The notes under the pieces: generated by a model
What the model saw: the letters and a program-made list of their open reading frames with translations, nothing else
Told to the model about the DNA's origin: nothing
Databases searched by the model: none
NCBI GenBank assembly: GCA_002245135.1
Contig: NGBS01000045.1
Location: 1-42,482, forward strand
DNA length: 42,482 bases
Direction of reading: 5' to 3'
Source: Proteromonas lacertae
Lineage: Eukaryota
Shown here: piece by piece, positions 11,491 through 24,300 of the stretch
How the letters are laid out: each line of letters starts with the position of its first letter
Position numbering within the stretch: the first letter of the stretch is position 1
Program-made: the position numbers and the translations under genes

Positions 11491-14400
11491 TTATTTAATG
11501 ATGAAAAATTCTTTACTTAATTCTTTCTTTTCTTCTTCTGAAATACCATCTATTTTTATTATTCCAATTGATGAAAATGTTTCTAAAAATGATTTTAATT
11601 CTGATTTATCTACATCTTCTTTCAATGTTATTGATAATTCCTGTAAATCTTGAAAATACTTTTGATTTTCTATTAATACTTTCAATCCCTTTTCACCCAT
11701 TCCAATATCTATTCAATATATAATAATAATACTATATTCATAAAATACTTGAGAGATTCAATGATATTGGTTCACTGATAAAATTTCTTTTCACAAACAA
11801 ATCTAAATTACTACTTATTATTTTTACTCCTTCACCTCCAATTGGATTATCATGCATTGAAATATGTTTTACATCTTTTGGTAAAGAATCTATCAGCTTT
11901 TTTAACCCTTCATGACTAATTTTGTTATTGGATAAATCAAGATATTCATAGTTAATCTGTTTTATTAAGCAAATGTGAGAATCTTTAATATTCAAATCTA
12001 TTACATTAAAACAATTTAGATATTATACTAGAAAAGTCATATCCTCTAACATGTTTACTTCTTTTCTTTTTAACACAGTAGTCCAAATAATATTCCAATT
12101 CTTCATTTGTCCATGATGAATATTTCATTTGTATGAATGGATATTTATCATTCTCTAATGATTTTGAACAAATCGATTTTAATCCATTCATTCTGATATT
12201 ATTTTCATTTAGTATTATATCACATTTTTTAATTAATTTCAATTTATTTGTTAATAATATCACACTTTCATCATCTATTGATGCATTACTGAAATCCATT
12301 TCATAATAATCACTATTATATCTATACTTCATAAACATTTCTAAATTTTTCAGTAAATACTTAAACGAATCATTGCCAATTACATTGTCTATCAAAAAGT
12401 ATAAAATATTCATTTATACCATGAATGATTATTGTTTCAATATTTTTATTGTTTTCCACATAGTCCATCAAACAACCTACTCCAGACGAAGATAATCCCA
12501 TATCTATAACATGATATTATGATATAATATACTTGAACAATTCATTTCATTTTTATAACCTATTAATAATTCTAAATGAGGAGAGAATAACTTCATCCCT
12601 TTATCTCCTATTGAATTTCCATTTAAATATAGTATTTCAAGTTTTGAAAAAGAAGATAGACTGTCAATCAATACTTCTATACTCTTACATGTTAGTTTAT
12701 TGTCTATGTAATAATTGAAGAGAATCATATATTATACTTCTTAAATCTAATGTCTTTAAAATGCTCAATTCATTGGATCTAAATGAAATGAATGATTTGA
12801 ATAAATCATCATCAATTTCACAATTATTCAGATTCAGTTCATCATCATCATCTTTGATGTATTTGATCAGTTCTGGAATGTCTTTATCTATCAGTAATTC
12901 TTTATTTCCATTAAAATGAAATTGGATTTTTGAAATAGGAAATTTTGAAAATAAAACTTTAAATCCTCTTGAATGAATATTTTTATTATTTTTAATATCT
13001 ATACTGTAAAGATTTGGATATTTATATAATTCTTCTAATAATAGTATCATTGATTCATCATTTAAATTCATTCCTGAAAGATCCAATTCATTGCATAAGA
13101 TTAATAAATGTAAATATGGAAGTAATAACTTGAAGCCTTTTAAACCAATCGGATTTGCTATTTCAGAATAATATTAAAAAGAGTAAAAATACATAAAAGA
13201 TTTACAAATTTCAATTTCATGAAAGGAATTGATTTAACTAATGATTCAACAAAATGAAACTTAAGATTACATCTCCATAAATTTAATTCTTGAAGATTAG
13301 ATAATTGAGAAAAACATGATGCAAAAAATGCTTGACTATGGAAAGGAATATCAATCCAACCTAAAACAATAAAAACGATTAAAAATATACTACAATTCAT
13401 CTTCACTGGATTGACTAGTTTCATTATTCTGAAGAAATAGTTTATCCCTTCTTCACAGAAACAAATACTTTCTGAATTAATACAAATTTCACGATTATCA
13501 TTACCAGACATATGAATATTTAATAACTTTTTATCTAAATAGAAAGCTTTTCGTTTTTCTTTACAGTTGTGATACTTTTTTTGTTTTAGTTTCTTTTGTA
13601 TTAATCCATCACTCTTGTATAATTTCATCATTAACAATATTGCAAATAATACTTCTTTTTGCTTATAATTGTATGATTCTATCAAACTATTTCGAATTTC
13701 TTCTCTCTTTTCACTTTCAAGATAATATTCTAATGAATATATTATTGGCAATGTAACAATTGTATAATCACTATCTACTAATATCTGTTTTCTTTCTTTA
13801 CATATCATTATATTATTATCTTTATCTTTCAACATTTCACTTACTTCTATTACTTCTTTTCTTATCTCCTTTAAACTCATTCTATCTTCATTATTCAATT
13901 TTAACATTCTTTCTATTATTTCTTTCATTGAATTGTCATACTCTATATCAAAACTGTATCTGCATGTGAGAATATTGCTTATGGTTTTAAACATATTATC
14001 ATCTTCTGAAAATGGTAATTTCTTGTTTATCATTTCATATAATATACAACCAATTGACCAAATCACACTTCGATCATTACATTCATATCCAGACAATTCT
14101 TCAGGGCTTTTGTAATTCACATCATATAATCTAATATCTTTTTCTTTTCTCAAAGTATTTAAACCGATATCACATATCTTAATTTCTCCATCTAAACTGA
14201 TTGTATTATTAGAACTCTTCAAATTGTAAACCAATACATTATAATCATCACAATCATCATAATAGTACATATACCACATATTACACTACATACATCACTA
14301 AATGATATACTTCTACATCTAATTATTTCTTCTAAATCTCTATCATAATATTCTCTCGATATTGTGATATAGTCATTTCATTTATTTAATAGAATGATTG

Positions 14401-14666
14401 TAGAAGGACAGACGAAGGAGCTACAACATTCTGATAATAATGTATTGTTCTCAAAGAATTCTAATATCTTCTTTTCTTTTATTTCATTAACATTAAAAAT
14501 TTTAATTGTTTCAAAATCGTTTTGATATTGCAATACCAAATTTATTTCATTATTACTTTTTTCTATTCTTCTTTTTATCTAAAAATAATAATTAATAAAA
14601 TACTTGAATATTAGATGGTAATATCGAGGATTGCATATCATCTACAAGAGAATTAAAGAAATCCAT
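11491..14666 (-). CDS. Pseudokinase + RI-like LRR protein, copy B (tandem paralog; frameshift near 14255)
   Basis: ATG at 14666. Motifs VYNLKSSN, KICDIG, YKSPEEL and IWSIGCILYEM. Exon structure matches copy A, with introns at 13361-13390, 12504-12532, 12389-12419, 11998-12028 and 11709-11748. Confidence 0.85.
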
Positions 14667-14927
14667 TTCTCAAGCTTTATTTGATGTTTCAAAAATCTAA
14701 TCGTTTCATAAAATAAAAGAATGAAATATTTTAATAAATAGAAAGAATTACCTCCTGAAATTGAAGGATGTAAATTAGTTGAATCATGTGATGATAATAT
14801 GTTAGGTTCAATTGAGTACATTTGAAAAAATATAAAAAGTGATATTTTTAATATTAAAATGTTGTATTATGATGATGATAATTTTAAATAATAAAAAGTG
14901 GTGATTTATAAGAAAAGAATGCTTGGT

Positions 14928-14943
14928 AAAAAAAGAATAAAAA
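14928..14943 (-). terminator. Pol III oligo-T terminator of tRNA-Asn
   Basis: T5 and T7 runs on the minus strand, starting 3 nt after the discriminator base. Confidence 0.7.
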
Positions 14944-14946
14944 TAT

Positions 14947-15020
14947 CTCTTCCGGACGGGATTGAACCGTCGACCTTACGGTTAACAGCCGTACGCTCTA
15001 ACCAGCTGAGCTACGGAAGA
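14947..15020 (-). tRNA. tRNA-Asn (anticodon GTT), intronless
   Basis: The reverse complement is TCTTCCG TAGCTCAGCTGGTTAGAGC G TACGG CT-GTT-AA CCGTA AGGTC GACGG TTCAATC CCGTC CGGAAGA G. It forms a complete cloverleaf with A/B boxes and no encoded CCA. Confidence 0.97.
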
Positions 15021-15150
15021 TTTGAATTTTATTTTCAATATGCTTTTATAAACTTTATTTTTCTTTATTTCTTTATTTAAGATGAAGAAACCACTATATC
15101 ATTTATATTAAGTTATTTATAACAACACAACAAAATTTCAAAATGAATTC

Positions 15151-16633
15151 TTAGCAAGATACCTTATCTTTATCTTCAATAGCCATTAATTCTTTATTTT
15201 CTTCAAATACTGGGTTAAGATAATCGTTAATAAATTCATCTACTTGTTGAGAACATCTTCCAATGTACAATTTTGGATCTAAAACATTATCAAGCTTATC
15301 ATGAACAGCAGAAAATACAGAATCACCTTTAATCAAATCTAACAAATTATTAGGATTTCCTTTCTCTTTAACTTCTTGAGATGCTTTCATAGATAATTCT
15401 CTAATATGTTCATGTAACACTTGTCTATCACCTCCTGCTTTAACACACTCCATAATTATATTCTCAGTAGCCATGAAAGGTAATTCAGCCTTAATATGAG
15501 ATTCAATAACTTTAGGCCATACAATTAAACCAGATACAATATCTAAAGCGGTTGTAAGGATAACATCAGTAGCTAAGAAGGATTCAGCTAATACTATTCT
15601 TCGATTAGCAGAATCGTCTAAAGTTCTTTCAAACCATTGAATACTTTCAGTCTGATTAGCATTTTGCACATTATTAATCACATATCTTGCTAATGAACAG
15701 ATTCTCTCACTTCTCATTGGATTACGTTTGTAGGCCATAGCGCTTGATCCGACTTGAGTCTTTTCAAATGGTTCTTCAATCTCTTTCAAATTCATTAATA
15801 ATCTAATATCAGTACACATTTTATGTAATGAAGCTGCAATACCACTACAACATTCTAATACCATAGTATCAATCTTTCTAGGGTAAGTCTGACCACAGAT
15901 TGGTATTGTATGCTTGAATCCCATTCGTTCAGTCAACATGTTGTCTAATTTCTTCACTTTTTCACTATCATTGTTGAATAAATCCATAAATGATGCTTGA
16001 GTGCCTGTTGTACCTTTTACACCTCTGAAATATAAGTTTTCGATTTGGTCACAGAGTTTTTGATAGTCTAAAAACAAATTCATTAACCAAATACATGCTC
16101 TTTTCCCGATACTATAGAACATTTATATTATATATATTATACGTTACTAATTGAGCAGGTTGATAATGAGTAAAACCTAAAGTTGGAGTTGCTTTTTGTT
16201 CTAAAGCAAACTTCTTTAATCCATCCATTAAATGTAATAATTTTCTTTTTACTAACATCATTGCTTCTTTTAACATAATCAATTCACTGTTATCACCTAC
16301 ATAACAACTTGTTGCTCCTAAATGGATGATTCCCTTGGCTTTTGGACATTGTACACCGAAAGCGTAGATGTGAGACATAACATCATGTCTTAATTCCTTT
16401 TCTTTTGCTTCAGCTACTTCATAGTTAATATTATCTACATTGGCTTCCATTTCTGCAATTTGTTCATCAGAAATATCTAATCCTAATTCCTTTTCACAAA
16501 TGGCTAATGCAATCCATAATTTTCTCCAAGTTGAGAATTTGAAATGAGGACTCCAGATGTAACTCATTTCTTTGGATGCATATCTTCCTACCAATGGACT
16601 TTCATAGGTATTTCGCTTATCACACTCGGTCAT
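15151..16633 (-). CDS. ADSL: Adenylosuccinate lyase (2 exons; intron 16112-16142, 31 nt)
   Basis: Motifs YESPLVGRYASKEM, RHDVMSH, IHLGATSCYVGDN, GFTHYQPAQLVT|IGKR, and the signature GSSAMAYKRNPMRSER. Splicing restores a continuous frame. Confidence 0.97.
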
Positions 16634-16720
16634 TCAGCCAATAAATCCAAAATGAATTAATGGGTAAATGACACAAAATGTGAGGTAAAGTACAGGTCAA
16701 ATAGTTAGATAGATTTTTTT

Positions 16721-18037
16721 ATGTCAGAATCAAAAAACACAGTAGAATTAACATTTTTTTTCACGACGTATGTATCGAAGAAACAATTTGAATATGATCC
16801 GGAAAGAACAACTTTCGATGTATGTTGTTTTTGTTACTGAAATAGTTATTATGTCATAAAATATTAGAAGAAGAAAACATCCCACTAGAATTACAAAGTT
16901 ATATGGTTATATACGAGGGTATGAGTGATGCAAGAATTAACGGTATTTGCCCACCTACATGTCGTGTTCAAACATGGAAAGATAAACATCCAAATGATAT
17001 ATTAGTTTTTGCTGTAAGAATTGTAACAGATAAACTATTAAAAATCTCATATACCTGTCCAACACTTCGTTCTTTGTTGTTTAACAGTGTATATATATAT
17101 ATAAATTTATTATATTCTTTCAATAGAGTCAATTCTCTTATATTCATGAAGTAACATATTATACCCAACCAGAAGCAATGTATTTAACTTCACTTCTTTT
17201 AATCACTTTTGATAAAACCAATTTGTATATATATATATATATATATATATAATTGTTATATACTTTAAATAGAGCTTCAGATACTAGACCAGATATCACA
17301 ATCAGAGATTATCTACCAAGATCAATAATAGTAAGAATAGATCAAATCGATAAGAATGAACTATATAATGGAATAAAGACTGTATTTATTTATAATAATT
17401 ATTAATTTATTAAAAATAGAAAGTTATGGATAATTATCGTGCTTATAAGAACAAAACAGATGTATTGTTTCTAGAAGCTGCTTATAAAAGAGAATGGTTT
17501 GGATGTATATTGTATGATGTAAAAGTATATACGTTATTTAATTCTTTTAATATAGCAAAATCAATTTGAAAAGAAATTAGATGAAGTGTTACATTTAGGC
17601 ATTAATCAATATGGAGTACATTTATTTCCTACTGATCTTACAATGGATTATATTTTCTTTCCTTACAGTCAGATAGCTGGTTGGTATAGTGGAAATGGTG
17701 AAGTAGTGTTGAATATATTTGAAATACAATTAATTTTGCATTTAAGAACTAAAGATTGTGAAGATATTGTTCAATTGTTGGATAGTTATTCAAGTGTATA
17801 TTTATTATTATTTATATTATTAATAGATATTATTAAAAGAAAAATCAGAAATAAAAAGAAGGTTAGTATATATATATAAATTAATATTTATTTCAACAGT
17901 TATCATCTAAAAGCAATAATAATAATAATAATAATTACATTACTAAAGATCGTTTGAATAGCAGTAGCAGCAGTGGACCAAAATTCGATTCTCCTAATGT
18001 ATTATTTACAGAAAGAGGGTTTGCAAAATCAAATTCA

Positions 18038-18071
<34 letters not shown>

Positions 18072-18585
18072 GAGTTTATCTGCTTCCAGTCCAAGGTCAA
18101 AATTAACTGATTTACCATTACCATCTCCAGTAGATTTAGGTTTAAAATCACCACCAAATCCTTATAGAGACAGAGTTCATTTATTTTCAGATGGAAAATC
18201 TCCAGAATTAGGAATGAGTGAACAGTTAAAGAGTATTGTAAATAGTAAAAGTTTTAATGAAATTCCTCCTCTTACCAGAGAATTAACAGATTCATCTGCA
18301 AGTTCACCAGAAAACAACAATAGCAATAAGGATAATGAAAATAGTGATAATATAGAAGAATGTAGTATTCAGGAAAATACAAGAAAATCAACTTTAGATT
18401 CTTTGCCAATATTAACTGAATCATCTGATACAAATTCACCTGAAAATAGATGTTTGTATTCTAATACAGAAGATACTGAAGGTTATATCAAACCTAGATC
18501 ATCTTCTGAAAAAGAGAATCATGCAGCTATGACTATAGAAAGGTATTGGAGGAATCATAGAAAAAGACATCATACTTCTGCTTAA
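16721..18585 (+). CDS. FERM-domain protein with a Ser/Pro-rich linker and a C-terminal IQ-like motif (multi-exon)
   Basis: Spliced from ATG 16721 (MSESKNTVELTFFF...). It has a FERM C-lobe pattern (FLEAAYKREWFGCILYDVK...LHLGINQYGVHLF...FPYSQIAGW) as in MyTH4-FERM myosins/KCBP, and ends with HAAMTIERYWRNHRKR (IQ-like). Confidence 0.7.
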
Positions 18586-18767
18586 TATATACTGTTGTAA
18601 TAAATTTATATATACATACATTTTAATATATTTGTGTCACGTATGGAATCACATAATTATGTGTATAGGATGAAATATTTTGAAAAAATAAATCAAACAA
18701 GAATCAAATATTGACAAACCATCATCAAATCGAAAAACGTTATTTTTGATTTTGTTTGATTTTTGAA

Positions 18768-21262
18768 ATGATTCCACATCAAACTAAGCCATTTAACTGC
18801 ATACCATATAAAGTGTACCCATTTAAAGAAGATTATGTTGTTACAGGCAGTCACCATTTGAGTGTATGAGATTTTCATTATTATCAATAGGTATATGACA
18901 ATAATATGAAGTTCAAAGCAAAAATAAAAGTTACACCAAATGTGGCAAATATTGTAAGAAAGTTAACAGAATTCAAAGGGAAACTTTATTTAACAGTCAA
19001 TAACAGAATTTGTGTATATTTTATACACTAATTTGCATTTTTATTTTATCATTTAGATTCTTGATGGTGAATATAAGAAATGTGGTGTTCTAGAAGCTCA
19101 CAAATCCTATATTAACACAATAATATCCGTTGGCACAGATTATATAGTAACAGGAAGTGATGATAAATGCATAGGTGTTTGGAATAATAAAGCATTACAA
19201 CCAGCAACACCAAGAGTCCCAGCAACTCCACCAATCTTAGTACCAACAGATATACGAATTAATTCAATAGCTCATTATAAGAACAGACTATATGTTGCAG
19301 GTGATTCTCCCGATGTCAAGGTTTATTCTTTCCCTGAGTGTCAATATATTTATTCTTTAGAAGATGGTCATACTCAAGCATTATTATACTTATTGGTCGT
19401 TCCATACTGTCCAAATCAAATATTATCATGTGGAAGAGATGGAAAAGTGATAATTTGGAATACTGAGACAAAATCAATTTCATTTTCAGTAAACGAATAT
19501 CAAAAACCAATTTCCAGTATAAAGTTCTTTGATTGCAATGTAATGTGTATTGGATGTAGAGATGGTGAGGTTTTATTATATTATTTCGGTTTACCTGACT
19601 TAAAAGAACCAGAACATGTTGCAATAGGAAATGGAGATGAAGATAGTGATTCGTTGGTAATGCCTCAACAGAATACTGATGATTTCGTATGGCAATTGTT
19701 AATCAAATGGAATGAAAAGACTGCTTATGTTACTGATGTGATATTGAAAGGTAATAATTTATATTTATTCTTGAATCAAATGAAGTATGAAGTATATGAC
19801 ATGCCGTTTGATAAACCAACTGATATTCCAAGTGTAGATGTACATGGTATGGAACCAGCTGGTGGAAGTTCAAAATCATTACTAGATAGCGATGATGAAG
19901 AAGTAAATGATGAAGAAAAACCAAAGAAACAAGAGATACAAGAAATAGCACAAGTTTCTACAACAAAGTATTTATTATTTATTATTATTTTAATAAATAG
20001 TCGTGTTTGTAACCGTTGTACAAGAGAATTTGCTACTAAAATGTGTCAAGAATGTAATGCCTATTTCTGTTTAACTTGTTCCAACAGTATTCATCATAAA
20101 CCATTCTTTGGAAATCATAAAGTATTGAATTATGTATTTTGTTGTTTATGTAAAAACGAATTAAAGGATGTATTAGCTGATGTTCATTGTGTTTCATGTA
20201 ATAAAGACTATTGTAATGCTTGCAGTGATGATTTCCATTCATTACCAGATTATCAAATACATCAAGCCACTTTAACATGTTTGACAACCACAAAGAAAGA
20301 AGCTAGTGAATTAGATAAACATGCTGAAGAGAGAGAAAAAGAAAGGACAAACAATAGGTTTGTTATCATCAAGCCATGTTTCACCAATGACAAATATTAT
20401 TGGTATTTCCACATTAGGTATTTATTACACAATCAAAATACACCATGAAGGTATTCCAAAGAAAGATAAATTATTCACCTTAAAAATATTCTGTAAAACC
20501 AAAGCCAATTCTGAATTAAATATCTATGAACAACAGAAATACGAGATGGAATGTATTGAAGCAGTAAGAGATGATAAACCAAGACATCATAATTTAATGA
20601 ATGCAATTGGAATGTTTAAAGATCATCCTTCAGGTATATTTGAATCAGATATGCATAGCTTTATCTATCCACCAATTACTACATTTTTAATAATGGATAA
20701 TTATCCAGCTTTATTGATGAATACTTTACAAACGATTGGTTATCCAAGACCATTTAAAACTATTATACAATATATATGTCAAATGGTTGATTTATTAGCA
20801 TATTTATATAATCATCATAACATTTTATTCCTTGATATTCCATATGATGCTATTTATTTGAAAGAAAATGGTGGTATAGTATTGACTGAGTTTACTGGAA
20901 GTGTGAAAGTTTATAAATCTGATAAATCTGTTGACACTTATAGAATTATTGGAGATAAAACTTATCTAGCACCTGAATTAGTGGATTTATTTGAGAATCA
21001 ATTGACTGCTAGAGTTGTTCCTGAACATTTTGCTAAGCAAACTACATGGATATTAGCAGTGTTTATTTTCAAATTGCTGTTTGGTGTACATCCTTATGCT
21101 AATTATCCTGAATGTACTCCTGATGATATTAATTCCATACCTTCAGAATATCCTGATGAATTTAAACAGTTCTATTATCAGATGATTACTTGGGATAAAG
21201 AAGCAAGAATGGGCTTGGAAGATGTGACTGCATTCTTTAAACAGTATCAAACTAGCTTTTAA
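18768..21262 (+). CDS. WD40-repeat + tandem B-box + pseudokinase protein (one apparent frameshift at ~20393)
   Basis: WD40 repeats: LEAHKSYINTII...VTGSDDKCIGVWN and GHTQ...LSCGRDGKVIIWN. Two B-box-type fingers: CNRC...CQEC...C..C...H...H and CCLC...CVSC...C..C...H...H. The kinase-like domain has FLDIPYDAI, TEFT and YLAPEL. Introns are at 18864-18890, 19014-19056 and 19968-20000. Confidence 0.75.
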
Positions 21263-21342
21263 GTAAAAAATTCTTATTTTATTTTTTGTGGTGTTTGAAA
21301 AAATTAATTCTCATAACCCACATTAATTGAAATTCTTTTTTT

Positions 21343-24300
21343 ATGAACATACCGATTAGTAATCGTTATGGTATACCCATTTTATTTATTTTACTAGAAT
21401 CATGTGAAGAAAGACAAACATCAATTCATAAACACATCCTGGATTATCTAGATAACAAAATAGCTAATCCACCGCCAATTCAGTGGTTGTATTTATTTAT
21501 TATTTTTAATTTGTAATGTAATTAGCTCAATTATATGTGATTTAGATAACGTGATTTGTGTTATTACTATAGTTGGTTTGCTTTTAACATATGGCTTTAA
21601 TGATGCGCCATTCAAATGGGAATGCATAGTTGAAGCTGTTTTTTTCTTAATAATGTTAATAGTACGTGTATCTTTTTTAATCAGAAGAAAATTATGGATA
21701 AGAACTCGTCATTATGAAAGACTAAAACAGCAGATCCAATCAATAATAAACAAATACACTCAAGCCACTCCAACATGTCAAAAATTCGGTTGTATAAGTA
21801 TTCCAGGAATAGAAACAATATTAATCAAACGAATAGAAAATAACAAACCTGTTTGGGAAAGAACCACTCCATTATACCTTAAAGAAAATGATATAATAGC
21901 AATGGGAAGTGGACAATTCTCTCCCTGTGAAATAATCGAAATAAAAATTAACAAACACGATCTTACTGAACCTTTACATTTTAACAGAAATGACAAAATC
22001 AATTTTGATGATATAGATGATATAATCGATAATACAGAGCAAATAAACAGAAAACCAGAATGTATTTTAAAGAATTGTCATAATATTCATTTATTTAAAG
22101 TAATAAAACCATGCTTAGATGATTTATTGAATGATGTAATGGAATATAGAGAATGTATGCCAAAATCACCCTCTACAACATGTCAAAGTGATAAAAATGT
22201 AACAATTAACACAAGTGCCAGTAATAATTTAAGTAACTCTAAGTTTAGTCGAACTTTACCTCTGTGGCATAATCAGTTGAATTATATATATAATATTTAT
22301 AGATTAATATTGTGTATTATATCAATAATAGTGTTATGTATTGGTGTTGTTACAGTGTTTATTAACGATAATCATTATAATTGGACGATGTATATTTTTT
22401 ACAGACCAATTATTATTCTGAATTGTACACCATTTGTGATTATTGATATGATATTTTACTTTGTCAATTATTCATTATTTACATTTCTTTATACATATTG
22501 GAATGAAAGTAAGAAGGAGAGATATATTCAAAGATATAATGATACTGATGTAAAAGAGAGCAGAGATTATCCAATTGTCAGTGATATTGTATTAAAGGAA
22601 AGAATAACCATATTTAGTAAGGATTTTATTAGTAATTTTATTAATGGAATATATAATGAAATTGGATTTAAATTTGGACCGTATTAATATATTATTATAT
22701 TCGTTATTATTTATATTGTATAGAATTACTGAAGATGCCAATATAATGCCACTTATGAATGACAATATATTCGAAATGTTGAATGAAACTAACGATATTT
22801 GTTTGGTGGATAATAATACAGTTTGTGACGATATTCCTCAAGTTGATGAAGCTTATATACCACAGACAAATGGTGAAGGTAATTTTGTAAGTTTATACAG
22901 TGAAGCAGATGCTGTTAATAGAATAGAGTTTGATAGTCCAAGATGGAAACATCAAGATCAATTGCCATTAATCAAGCCTTTAGGCTTGAACTGTTTATTA
23001 TTACATCAAGCTTTACAGAATAAGATTCAATCTATTGATCCAGATATACCTGAATATGATGGTATTAAAAAAGAAGAAGTATTAAAAAGGGAAAGTAATG
23101 TTAAAAGTGATGATGATCTTCAAGATGATTTACATTCACTCACTATTATGTTGAACCATTCATTAGGATCAAGTTTATCATTATCATTAAACGAATTAGC
23201 AACAGAAATCGGATTTACATTAGATGATAGTAAAAGATATAATATACTTGGAGGATTTAATTATTTAGGAGCTTCACAGATCACTTCACAAGAATATTTA
23301 GATGCAAATTTAGGATTTTTATATCAATGTAATGGGTTTATAACTAGAGTTATAAAGAATGCTAATAATCCATCATTAACACCAACTCCAATTGATGAAT
23401 TGACTCCAAGAAGAGAAAGAGTTTATTCTGAATACAAAATGTATGGTAAAACTGGTGATATGATAAATGTCCATTTAGTTGGTGATGCAAGGTTGTTATT
23501 ACCAACTTGTACCCATCTGTGGAATGGAAAACAAACAATACCAATTACTGATAGTTATCGTACAGAAATAATGAATAGAATTATAAGAAAATGGAGTACT
23601 GAAGGTTATTGTATTTCTTTAATGTGTTATACATTTGTTACTGCTTATATTGAACATCCTGTAGAGAATCACAATCCAATTGTTTTACCACAGGATGAGA
23701 ATTGTTTTACATTAGACAGTGATAGTGATGAAGATGATGATAAAGATAACTTTAGACCAAATCAAAATAGAAATATTTCACAACAACAACCACTTGATGA
23801 TATAAGTGAAGAAGCAACTGATGAGAATAAAAGGTTAAGACAATCGCCCGCTATATTAACACCAACGCTTTTAGGTACAAGTGTCAGTTTTCATATATCA
23901 GTTACACCAACTCCAACTGATGATTATCAATCAAAACATATTATTAAAGGCTTAGGTAATTCCTTAAGTAAATCACAAAGTGATAGTGTATTGAAGAATA
24001 AAGAATCAGAGTGGAATGATACTCCCATATTAGATCCTAAGAATATTGTATTATTAGGATTAACTGCTACACAAGAAAGACCAAAACCAGAGTTTCAGAA
24101 GTTCTTTGATAGATTATACGATGGTGGAGTAAGGTTAGTTTATTTTAGCAAAACAGATCATGTAACAACAAAGAATCTATTACAGAAAATGGGTATTAAT
24201 ACTGATTGGAATTGTTATATTACACTAAAAGATCGTGGATTACATTATGATAATAAACAATTAGATAATTGGTATGAAAATGCAAACTACCATTTGGCAT

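Noticed and set aside
14742..14826. Exon-like stretch KELPPEIEGCKLVESCDDNMLGSIEYI* after an AG
   Set aside because: It is too short, with no upstream exon or recognisable family, so it cannot be supported as a gene.
14898..15080. 60-aa ORF
   Set aside because: It is the antisense reading of tRNA-Asn.
17225..17250. (TA)n microsatellites (also ~18039-18068 and ~28179-28202)
   Set aside because: They are simple expansions of the GTATAT 5' end of introns, with no evidence of a separate function.
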